Of a stretch of DNA of 17,492 bases, positions 1 through 7,805 are shown piece after piece. The stretch comes from Bdellovibrionia bacterium (GTDB lineage: Bacteria > Bdellovibrionota > UBA1018). The stretch covers positions 1 through 17,492 of the forward strand of contig JBJMMA010000059.1 in assembly GCA_045805065.1 (NCBI GenBank). The letters run 5' to 3'. How positions within the stretch are numbered: the first letter of the stretch is position 1; the number at the start of each line of letters is the position of its first letter. The notes under the pieces are model-generated. The model had not been told where the DNA came from. It did not search any database and saw only the letters and a program-made list of their open reading frames with translations. The translations under genes were made by a program, and so were the position numbers.

Positions 1-1
1 C

Positions 2-556
2 GTCATAGACGCCACTTGCACCGGAGTAGGTGAATTTGATGGAAGCATTCAAGGCATCGCTCGTAATGACGGGGCTTGAAATACTGGTAGGCGCAGGCGT
101 TGGGCTTGCGACCACTGAGCTGATGACTTCCGTCACGACGGCAGAAGTATCCATAGGCGAGCTCACTTGGGCTATGAGCAAAATCTTGCTTGGGGAGCCA
201 AGGTCTGTCTTGAGAAGCGACGCGTTTGCAACACCATTGGCAGCTGACCAGGTGATAGCCTTGACAAAGGTCCATTGCCAGGTGGTCTTTGTGCTGCCTG
301 AGAACTTGTAAAGATTTCCGTTCTCAATCAAGTAATTTGCGCCGATTCCAGAGATGCTGTAGCCACTCGATGCATTCGCATCCGTATCCAGAAAAAACTG
401 GAGCTGGGTTGGAGTCCCGGCGTAGTTCATTCTGTAGTAAATCTTGGTCGAGTCATTCGACGCAGTCGGCGCGGTCAGCGCCATGGCGTCGAGCGACGAA
501 ATTGCTCCAAGTCCAATAAGACCTAATTTGAGGCCAACGTGCTTCATTTTACCCAT
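2..556 (-). CDS. Secreted protein, N-terminal part (runs off the left edge); probable carbohydrate-associated beta-sandwich domain(s)
   Basis: Not in the ORF track because it has no stop in the window. Manual translation from ATG 556 (GGGGG upstream) gives MGKMKHVGLKLGLIGLGAISSLDAMA-LTAPTASNDSTKIYYRMNYAGTPTQLQFFLDTDANASSGYSISGIGANYLIENGNLYKFSGSTKTTWQWTF..., open to position 2. It has a signal peptide, a DTDxN..GY....GAxYLIEN..LY motif of the kind seen in accessory domains of secreted glycan-active proteins, and an SPTPAPT linker. Confidence 0.8.
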   Translation of the reverse strand, partial: MGKMKHVGLKLGLIGLGAISSLDAMALTAPTASNDSTKIYYRMNYAGTPTQLQFFLDTDANASSGYSISGIGANYLIENGNLYKFSGSTKTTWQWTFVKAITWSAANGVANASLLKTDLGSPSKILLIAQVSSPMDTSAVVTEVISSVVASPTPAPTSISSPVITSDALNASIKFTYSGASGVYD

Positions 557-828
557 GATACCCCCAGCATGTAGAAGACTCAGCGGACAGCAAGTGGTGA
601 AGTTTTGCTTTGAGCGAATTCAGAGTGCACCATGCCCCGTGCACTCAAGGCTCACTTTTAGATGTTTGCTGTATTGAAAGGTTAACTAGTCCCACCACGC
701 AGTTCAATACGTGTCAGGAATGACTAAGTTTTTATAATTTTTTAGTTTAATAAACGAAAAGTAAATAGAGCCGTTTTATAGGGCTTATTTAGCGAAATAA
801 AATTTGAATGTGTGTCGACAGAGACACT

Positions 829-1464
829 TCAGGGTCTTTCGACGGCGAATTGGTAAGGACCTGAACCATCCCAGCTGACATCACGGACTGAGCCTGGGAC
901 AATTCGAGTAAAGCCAAGTCGTGCTCGTATCTTATAGGCAGGCGTTTCTAGAATTGCTGCTTCCACGTTTTTGCCTCGATTAATGGCGGCGTATAAGACA
1001 CTGTCATTGTCTTCAGCGAGCACCGTTCGGATTTGTTTGATCTGAGGATTGAGTCGGATGACTTCCTCGAACAATGTTGAGCCGAGTCCTATACGTCGAT
1101 GGTTGGAATCTACTGTCATCCGATTAATGATCAGGACATCGCGATCAATGTAGTAGTCGAGACTTCCTAGTTTGGTTCCGGATTCATAGATCACGGCGAT
1201 GGTCGAGTGCTTACCCGGATACTCGATCATCGGTCGGCCAGGTTGAACTTCCATTTGCAGAAGCGGGGCGCGGTTCAGCGCTTTTTCAAGCTTGAGACGA
1301 GTCTCTTTTGCCCATGCGCCTTCAGGAGTGAACCGTCCTTGAAGATGCAGGCTGACCGAGTGGGCGATACAAGAGTCAGTGGCCCAAGCGCGCGAGGTAT
1401 TGAAATTTAATCCGACCACAGCTGTTAAAATCGCGAGAAGCGATATCTGGCGGAAGTGGTTCAT
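829..1464 (-). CDS. GNAT-family N-acetyltransferase-like protein with N-terminal signal peptide
   Basis: 211-aa ORF. The GNAT motif A-like segment INRMTVDSNHRRIGLGSTL carries R-x-x-G-x-G. The hydrophobic N-terminus ends in AWA. Confidence 0.7.
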   Translation of the reverse strand: MNHFRQISLLAILTAVVGLNFNTSRAWATDSCIAHSVSLHLQGRFTPEGAWAKETRLKLEKALNRAPLLQMEVQPGRPMIEYPGKHSTIAVIYESGTKLGSLDYYIDRDVLIINRMTVDSNHRRIGLGSTLFEEVIRLNPQIKQIRTVLAEDNDSVLYAAINRGKNVEAAILETPAYKIRARLGFTRIVPGSVRDVSWDGSGPYQFAVERP

Positions 1465-1719
1465 GACATCGAGTTTAGCATGAGAGATTGAAAAGCCAGG
1501 GTCTGCTTCGGAGGGCGTTTGTATATTGATTCAATGTAACAAGTAAAATAGTTGCATTGTTTAGGAATTGTGAAGGCTCGTCATAATTAATTGTTTTTCT
1601 TATATAATTATAATTGAGCGAGGGCTATTAAGTTACTGAAATTACTCCGATAATATAAATACGACAGGCAGCTTTGTTGTGCTTTGAACTTCTTCGTCGT
1701 GAAAACGGGAGTAGTGCAG

Positions 1720-3789
1720 ATGAGAATCACAACTAAAGCAGGGGGTTTGAGCACGATTCGTTTCGTGCTGATATTTAGTGCGGTTGTCATTTCTGCTTTC
1801 TCATCTCCTCAGTTGTTTGCGTTTTCTGAAAATGCTCAAACTTTCACGTATCAGGGCCAGCTGCTCAACAGCTTGGGCAATCCTCTGCTCGACCACACCG
1901 TGGTCCTCGTTCTCTCCATCTACAATCCAGGCAAGACCTGTCTTTTGTACGAAGAGACTCAAACGGTTGATACCTATGCTTCGGATGGAATGTTCTCCGT
2001 TCAAGTCGGACAATCAACGACCACAGGCGGAAAGCGCACTGCAAGCGATCCAGGCCTGAGAATGGCGACGATCTTCAGAAACGATGGATCGCAAGTGCGC
2101 GCTGCGGGCACAAACTGCGCGGGCGGATACACCGCAACCGCAGGCGATACTCGAGTGATGGCCGTGAAAATCACGCCAAGCACCACTGGCATTCAGGTCT
2201 CGCTGACTCCGGATGAAACCATTGATTCGGTTCCACAAGCGTGGTCCGCAGAAACTCTTCAAGGCATCCCAATTGGTAACTTCATTCAGCTCTCCGGCTC
2301 CGACGCTGTGGTGCCGACAGGCTACGGCGTCAAGGTCAATGGATCTGAAGTGATTGATTCGAGCGGTCATTGGGTGGGATCAAGCTCTGGTCTCGCGGGT
2401 CCTACTGGCGCTACGGGTGCCGTTGGCGCAACGGGTGCGACAGGTCCGACTGGTGCCGCTGGTGCAACCGGTCCTACGGGTGCGACGGGTAGCGCGGGTC
2501 CAACTGGATCGAACGGCGCTACTGGTGCGACCGGTGCGACCGGTGCAACGGGATCTGCAGGCTCAGCGGGCTCAACTGGTGCTACGGGTGTTACCGGCGC
2601 TACTGGAGCGACTGGCGCCACGGGCGCTACAGGTACGAATGGTACAAATGGAACAAACGGTGCGACTGGAGCGACGGGTGTTACTGGCGCCACGGGCGCA
2701 ACCGGTGTCACTGGAGCAACGGGTGCTACCGGCGCAAACGGCGCTACTGGAGCGACAGGCGCTACAGGCACGAATGGAACGAATGGAACAAACGGGGCGA
2801 CTGGTGCCACGGGTGCGACAGGCGCAACTGGCGATACCGGAGCCACTGGCGCTACTGGAGCCACTGGTGCTACAGGCGCTACAGGCGCGACCGGTACTAA
2901 CGGTACAAATGGAACCAACGGCGCGACTGGAGCGACGGGTGTTACTGGAGCGACGGGCGCTACTGGTGCCACAGGATCGAACGGCACCAACGGTACGAAT
3001 GGTTCAACAGGCGCGACCGGTGCTACGGGTGCAACAGGTGCCACGGGTGCAACTGGAACGAATGGTACAAATGGTTCGACGGGCGCCACAGGCGCTACGG
3101 GTGCCACTGGCTCGACAGGAGCGACGGGAGCAACTGGCGCAACAGGTGGAAGCCCATTTACGGTGAGCGGATCAGATGCTTACTTCACGGGTGGTAATAT
3201 GGGAGTAGGGGTGACCGGACCCAACACTTCGCTGGATGTGTCTGGTGCAGTTTCGGTCCGTGGAGTGGCTGCGCCTTCGCTTTCGCCTGCAGGCCAGGGT
3301 CGCATCTATTTTGATTCCACACTCAATAAGTTCCAAGTTTCAGAGAATGGCGGTGCGTTTTCAGATCTCAGACTGTGGACGCTCTCGGGATCTTCTGTTT
3401 ATTACGCCAACAGTGTCACGATCGGAAATCAAGCCACACGAACGACTTCATCATCGCGTGGACAGCTTGCGCTCTCGTCGACTTACAGCCAAACGCAGGC
3501 TAGCGCGGCAACGGTGGATTGGAACGTCGGAAATATCCAGGAAGTGGCGTCGTTTGTTTGTAATGGAACCAATACGATCACATTTACCAATATGGCGGAT
3601 GGAGGCGCGTACACTTTGCTTTTAAGTGGCACTGCTGCGCACTCAGGCAATTGTGTTTTCAGTGCGAGCGGATTGACCTTTAAAACATCAGCTGGGGCGG
3701 CTGCGCCGACGGCAAGCAAAGATGTCCTCTTTACCTTTGTTCGAGTCGGCAGTACCGTCATTTACAATATGAGCGACAATTTGCAGTAA
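1720..3789 (+). CDS. Secreted trimeric fibre/adhesin with collagen-like stalk (Bdellovibrio-type phage-tail-fibre-like protein)
   Basis: ATG 1720 follows GGGAG; 689 aa. Signal peptide, then an N-domain [16 protein letters not shown]...[17 protein letters not shown] typical of Bdellovibrio fibre proteins, then Gly-X-Y repeats. Fibre-like motifs [19 protein letters not shown] and [19 protein letters not shown] follow, and a C-terminal beta domain VDWNVGNIQ...[17 protein letters not shown] ends the protein. Confidence 0.85.
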   Translation: MRITTKAGGLSTIRFVLIFSAVVISAFSSPQLFAFSENAQTFTYQGQLLNSLGNPLLDHTVVLVLSIYNPGKTCLLYEETQTVDTYASDGMFSVQVGQSTTTGGKRTASDPGLRMATIFRNDGSQVRAAGTNCAGGYTATAGDTRVMAVKITPSTTGIQVSLTPDETIDSVPQAWSAETLQGIPIGNFIQLSGSDAVVPTGYGVKVNGSEVIDSSGHWVGSSSGLAGPTGATGAVGATGATGPTGAAGATGPTGATGSAGPTGSNGATGATGATGATGSAGSAGSTGATGVTGATGATGATGATGTNGTNGTNGATGATGVTGATGATGVTGATGATGANGATGATGATGTNGTNGTNGATGATGATGATGDTGATGATGATGATGATGATGTNGTNGTNGATGATGVTGATGATGATGSNGTNGTNGSTGATGATGATGATGATGTNGTNGSTGATGATGATGSTGATGATGATGGSPFTVSGSDAYFTGGNMGVGVTGPNTSLDVSGAVSVRGVAAPSLSPAGQGRIYFDSTLNKFQVSENGGAFSDLRLWTLSGSSVYYANSVTIGNQATRTTSSSRGQLALSSTYSQTQASAATVDWNVGNIQEVASFVCNGTNTITFTNMADGGAYTLLLSGTAAHSGNCVFSASGLTFKTSAGAAAPTASKDVLFTFVRVGSTVIYNMSDNLQ
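2398..3144 (+). repeat. Collagen-like coding repeat: 83 uninterrupted Gly-X-Y triplets (mostly GAT, with GTN blocks)
   Basis: 747 nt of 9-nt period, in frame with the fibre gene. GTN/GSN blocks start at 2632, 2767, 2893, 2974 and 3055. Confidence 0.95.
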
Positions 3790-3826
3790 CGCTGATTTGA
3801 GCCATCCTTTAAAAGGAAACTGTCGA

Positions 3827-4123
3827 ATGACCAAGAAAAAATTTCTCTTATTCAACCCGACTAACGGCCTCCATACTTCCTATAACACTCTGCAGGAACT
3901 TCATGCGGCTCGTGAAAAACTTTTACAAATCGAGTTAGAAAAACTTCGCCCGCAATACAGGATCCTGGAAGAGGTTTTTTACGAGAATGGCGATTCGGAG
4001 ACCAGGCCACTTGCAGAAGATCATCCGCACCAAACCGGTGCTCACGTGCAGATGAATTACTCTCACGTCACGCCTTCGATTTCTGAACCTCATCCCTTAA
4101 TCAAGAAAACGGAAACCCTATAA
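3827..4123 (+). CDS. Hypothetical protein (98 aa), no signal peptide; second gene of the fibre operon
   Basis: ATG 3827 follows AAGGA. Its stop overlaps the next start (TAATG at 4121-4125). Confidence 0.7.
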   Translation: MTKKKFLLFNPTNGLHTSYNTLQELHAAREKLLQIELEKLRPQYRILEEVFYENGDSETRPLAEDHPHQTGAHVQMNYSHVTPSISEPHPLIKKTETL

Positions 4124-4710
4124 TGAAACTAGGCGAAGGCGTTTTTTGTCAGAACCTGGCTGAGTTCCCAGAGCTCAATCTTGCGATCACCGTGACGGTT
4201 TTTAAACCGGGTGCGGCCTGTCAGGTGCTTTGGGAAGATCCAAGTCAGCCGATGAATCTCCAAACTTATTTTCGTAGCCATGTTCCGCTGACGGGACCTT
4301 TTAGAATCACGCAAAAGTTTCAAGATGCTCCGGATGAAGATGTGATTGTCGAGCAAGGAGGCCTCTGGCCTCATCAAGAAATCCGCGCGGGCTTTAGGGG
4401 AGTGATTGCGAGACCTCTCCATGGTGAAACCACGGGTGAGCATTTTTGCATTGGACCCATCGATGTCAAAAAACATTCGATGGTCTATCAGAAGCATGAT
4501 CTCAAAGAAGGCAGCTCACTCATAGTGCAGCCTGGAAACTTGCTCCTCGCGTGCGGGAAAAATTACCTGATCAACGGCAAGCAACGATCCTCAAGTGATA
4601 GCCCCTGGAGTATTACAGCTTGCCAGAAAGAGCGAGCTCATGTGCAGGCGATCGAGCCCTGCCGGATTTTGACCTATCAAGCGGTTCCTCATTCGCGAAT
4701 GAAGGTGTAG
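4123..4710 (+). CDS. Hypothetical beta-rich protein (195 aa), no signal peptide; third gene of the fibre operon
   Basis: Translationally coupled to the upstream gene (TAATG) and ends 6 nt before the next ATG. No family recognised. Confidence 0.75.
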   Translation: MKLGEGVFCQNLAEFPELNLAITVTVFKPGAACQVLWEDPSQPMNLQTYFRSHVPLTGPFRITQKFQDAPDEDVIVEQGGLWPHQEIRAGFRGVIARPLHGETTGEHFCIGPIDVKKHSMVYQKHDLKEGSSLIVQPGNLLLACGKNYLINGKQRSSSDSPWSITACQKERAHVQAIEPCRILTYQAVPHSRMKV

Positions 4711-4716
4711 AGTTAA

Positions 4717-5751
4717 ATGAATCGTCGAGCATTTTTACAAATACTCGGATCGTTTTTGCTGCTTTTCACCGAAAAAGCGTTCGGGTTTTTTAATGTATTG
4801 ATGTTCAAGAAAAAGGCGAGCGGATGCACGCCGTCTGTCGTCAACCTCACGATTTCTGCCAATACTCTGAAGTATAATATTTTTACTGCGGCAGGATCTC
4901 CATCCTCATGCGTGACCGTCAATCTGACGATCGATCCTGGGGTCTATGTCTGGAGTGATTCGACGGCAACGGCCGCTATCGAGTTTGGAGCGCTTCCCGC
5001 TGGCTCTACTGTAACCATTACGAACAATGGGTACATCATGGGGATGGGGGGCAAGGGTGGTTCGTGTTTTAATGGCACCGGTAATCCTGGGCCTGGGGCA
5101 GCAGGTGGGCCCGCAATACGATTGACCTGTCCTGCAACGATTAATTCTCAAACCGGTTATGTCCTGGGCGGAGGTGGGGGCGGGGGCGCTGACGGACCAG
5201 AAATGGGTGGCGGTGGCGGTGCGGGTGGCGGTGCTGGGGGTGACGCGGAGAGTACGTCAGGACCAGTGCATTCTTATGGTGGTGCGGGCGGTGCCGTTGG
5301 TTCATCGGGTGCCGCCGGCCAGTATGGGACTGTAGGAGCTGCCTATTACTGTGGAGGAGGGGGCGGCGGAAGAGTCGTACCTAGTACTACAACAGCAGGT
5401 CCCGCACCCACCACAGCCCCAGTCGCTGGCACCGGGGGCTCCGGAGGAGGAACCGGTGCTGCTTATTATTCGACCGACTCGAAGTTTGGCGGGACTGGCG
5501 TGGGAGGGTCGGGCGGAGGACCGGGTGTTGCCGGTGGTAACGCAAGCTCGACGACATCAGGCTCATCGGGTGCGGGAGGCGGAGCCGGTGGTGGCGGCGG
5601 GGGTTATGGAGCCGCGGGTGGAACGGGTTCTTGGAAAGGAGCCGCCGGATTCGCAGGGGGAGCTGGAGGCAACGCGGTTGTACTCAACGGCAAATCCGTG
5701 ACCTGGGTAGGCGGATTAGGCGCCAACAAAGTCTACGGCGCGATTTCCTAA
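4717..5751 (+). CDS. Glycine-rich protein resembling the T-even phage gp38 receptor-binding adhesin, with a twin-arginine (Tat)-like signal peptide
   Basis: 344 aa. The N-terminus MNRRAFLQILGSFLLLFTEKAFG matches R-R-x-F-L plus a hydrophobic core and an AFG cleavage site. The motifs GYIMGMGGKGG, GAAGGPAI, GYVLGGGGGGGA, CGGGGGGR and C-terminal GGAGGNAVV...TW...VYGAIS follow the order I recall for gp38. Confidence 0.75.
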   Translation: MNRRAFLQILGSFLLLFTEKAFGFFNVLMFKKKASGCTPSVVNLTISANTLKYNIFTAAGSPSSCVTVNLTIDPGVYVWSDSTATAAIEFGALPAGSTVTITNNGYIMGMGGKGGSCFNGTGNPGPGAAGGPAIRLTCPATINSQTGYVLGGGGGGGADGPEMGGGGGAGGGAGGDAESTSGPVHSYGGAGGAVGSSGAAGQYGTVGAAYYCGGGGGGRVVPSTTTAGPAPTTAPVAGTGGSGGGTGAAYYSTDSKFGGTGVGGSGGGPGVAGGNASSTTSGSSGAGGGAGGGGGGYGAAGGTGSWKGAAGFAGGAGGNAVVLNGKSVTWVGGLGANKVYGAIS

Positions 5752-5766
5752 ATAAGGCTCAAAAAC

Positions 5767-5819
5767 AAAAAGCCCAGGTCGCATTCCGTTTTACCGGAGA
5801 TTGCGCCTGGGCTTTTTTT
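5767..5819. terminator. Bidirectional rho-independent terminator between convergent genes
   Basis: AAAAAGCCCAGG (5767-5778) pairs with CCTGGGCTTTTT (5806-5817). Inner pairs CGCA/TGCG and TCCG/CGGA extend the stem. There is an A-tract on the left and a T7 tract on the right. Confidence 0.9.
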
Positions 5820-5839
5820 AGGTCAGAAAGAGTGATCGC

Positions 5840-7597
5840 TTATTGGTAGTCGCACTCTTTGGCAGTGCCAACGATCGGATCACCGAACGTTGCATTGTTG
5901 CATGCGATGCTTCCGGTAGCAGTCTTGGTGTACCACTTGGTGCCTGCGCCGTAGCGTACCGTCTTGGTCCCGCTGAAGCTGCAGGTGCCGCCTTCAGTCG
6001 CGCACATGGTCCAGGTGTTCGTCGGAGCGCTGCTCATGTCGATGTCGCACTCCTTGGTGTAGCCATAAGCCGGGTCACCAAAGGTTGAGTTGCTGCAGGC
6101 GATGCTTCCCGTTGCAACCTTGGTCGTCCAGCTCGTGCCTGTGCCGTAGCGGATGGTGTAGGTTCCGTTGAAGGTACAAGTGCCATTCTCGGCTGCGCAC
6201 TTCACCCAATTAGATCCCGTTGATGTTGGGCTCGGAGATGGAGTGGCAGTCGCCGTAGGCGTTGGAGTTGGAGTAGCAGTGGCCGTTGGCGTAGGCGATG
6301 GGGTGGTGGACGACATGTCGACGTCGCATTCCTTTGCGGTGCCTACGATTGGGTCACCAAATACCGAGTTGTTGCAGGCGATACTGCCGGTCGCGGTTTT
6401 GGTGGTCCAGCTGGAGCCCGCGCCGTAGCGAACCGTGTGGGTTCCGTTGAAAGTGCAGGTGCCACTCTCACTCGCGCACTTCACCCAATTGGATCCCGTC
6501 GCAGTTGGCGACGGAGAAGGGGATGACGTTGCAGTTGGAGTCGGAGTCGGAGTTGCGGTCGCCGTTGGGGTTGGAGTAGGCGTCGCCGGAGTGCCTGCGC
6601 TTGGCAGGTAAGGAAACGCTGGCATTCCTGCCGCTGCACGGCTTGCATACGTGGTGTTGGACGACGTCGCACCTGCGTTGGAGATGGCGTCAGGTCCAAT
6701 GAACTTGTTGCCACTGATGGAAATCGAAGATGGCTGATTGTAGAAATCAACCGCCGGGCCGTTTCCGCGATCTTCGATCACCGTCGTTCCCGTCATGGTG
6801 AACGTATGAGTGTAAGCGCTGTTGAGGCCTTCTGGTCCATATCCGATCAGATCGTTGTTCTGAGAGTTTGGACCTTTTTCAATCACGCTGTTGGTGATCG
6901 TGACTTGACCGCCGTTGGAGATGTCCAAAGAGCGGCTGTCTTCGCCATCGACAGTAGCGATCACGCTTCCATCGACAATGGTCTTGGCGGCGCGGCTCTT
7001 GAGCGCGTGACCGCCGAGCTTTGCGTGCAGGCTTTGGCTGTTCCGGAAAGTGAAAGAAGCAGACCCACCGATGTACATGTTGTGAGCCATGCCGCTGCCA
7101 GCGTTCATGCCGTTATTATAAAATTTGCTGTTTTGAATGAGGAGGGTGTCACCCGAGGCGCTTGAGAGAAGTCCGTCATCGTTATCGTGGATGTAGACGT
7201 TATCAAGAGTCAGGTTGGAGCCCGCTGCATCATGGCGAATGCCTGCGTAATTCTCATTGTCGGAGGCGCCATAAAGCTCCAGGTTTCTGATGACAGCGTT
7301 TTTTCCAGCCGTCACGATGATGCCCTTTTGACCGCAGACCTTACCGGTCATGGCAGGCATGGTGCCGGTGCCAACGACCGTGATATTGTCCTTAGTAATG
7401 TACATACAGTCATTGTAGGTACCTGATGCGATGGAAATGGTATCTCCCGCAGCAGCTGCGTTCAGTGCCTGGCTTGGCAAAGAGTAGGCGCATCCGCTTT
7501 GGCAGACGTTCAAAGTTGCTGCCATCGCAGGCGTGGACAGTGCTCCTGCCGCACCCAGAGCGATGAGGCTCAACTTTTGAAATCGAAAATAAGTCAT
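5840..7597 (-). CDS. Secreted right-handed parallel beta-helix protein (pectate-lyase-like fold) with Pro/Thr linkers and three Cys-containing lectin-like repeats
   Basis: ATG 7597 follows GGAG; 585 aa. The signal peptide ends AMA. ALNAAAAGDTISIASGTY and the Asn-ladder pattern (NVYIHDNDDG, NSKFYNNG, HNMYIG) indicate a beta-helix. Two PTPTPTATAT linkers and three WxxCAxExGTCxFxG...RYG...CxNxxFGDPxxGxxKECD units follow. Confidence 0.85.
   Translation of the reverse strand: MTYFRFQKLSLIALGAAGALSTPAMAATLNVCQSGCAYSLPSQALNAAAAGDTISIASGTYNDCMYITKDNITVVGTGTMPAMTGKVCGQKGIIVTAGKNAVIRNLELYGASDNENYAGIRHDAAGSNLTLDNVYIHDNDDGLLSSASGDTLLIQNSKFYNNGMNAGSGMAHNMYIGGSASFTFRNSQSLHAKLGGHALKSRAAKTIVDGSVIATVDGEDSRSLDISNGGQVTITNSVIEKGPNSQNNDLIGYGPEGLNSAYTHTFTMTGTTVIEDRGNGPAVDFYNQPSSISISGNKFIGPDAISNAGATSSNTTYASRAAAGMPAFPYLPSAGTPATPTPTPTATATPTPTPTATSSPSPSPTATGSNWVKCASESGTCTFNGTHTVRYGAGSSWTTKTATGSIACNNSVFGDPIVGTAKECDVDMSSTTPSPTPTATATPTPTPTATATPSPSPTSTGSNWVKCAAENGTCTFNGTYTIRYGTGTSWTTKVATGSIACSNSTFGDPAYGYTKECDIDMSSAPTNTWTMCATEGGTCSFSGTKTVRYGAGTKWYTKTATGSIACNNATFGDPIVGTAKECDYQ
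5849..6487 (-). repeat. Three 55-aa (165-nt) coding domain repeats
   Basis: Units lie at 6323-6487, 6044-6208 and 5849-6013, each with four conserved Cys. Confidence 0.9.
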
Positions 7598-7805
7598 TCG
7601 TACTTCTCCAATTCTTAGTGTGAACTCGTCTTGATGATTCTGTTCTCCATCAGAGAACAGAAGTCGAAGTACTGTAAACACTCTAAAAGTTCAGTACAAT
7701 GAGGATTTATTCAATACGGCAAGTTTATTCATTGCCGCATGGTTGAGAAAGGCGAGAGCGAGCAACAGTAAGGGTGCGGTCTGGGATTTGCGAGATGGAG
7801 CGATC

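Noticed and set aside
3..677. Short ORFs 3-275, 30-311, 289-519 and 444-677 from the track
   Set aside because: They overlap the real minus-strand gene starting at 556, which the track missed because it has no stop in the window.
2354..3166. Long alternative ORFs over the collagen region (270 aa on +, 246 aa VAP-repeat on -)
   Set aside because: These are shadow frames of the GGN-GCN-ACN repeat, which lacks stops. The fibre frame has the SD, signal peptide and flanking domains.
1720..5751. Prophage or tailocin remnant
   Set aside because: No structural, lysis or integrase genes and no att-like repeats were seen. Both phage-like proteins have bacterial export signals and intact frames.
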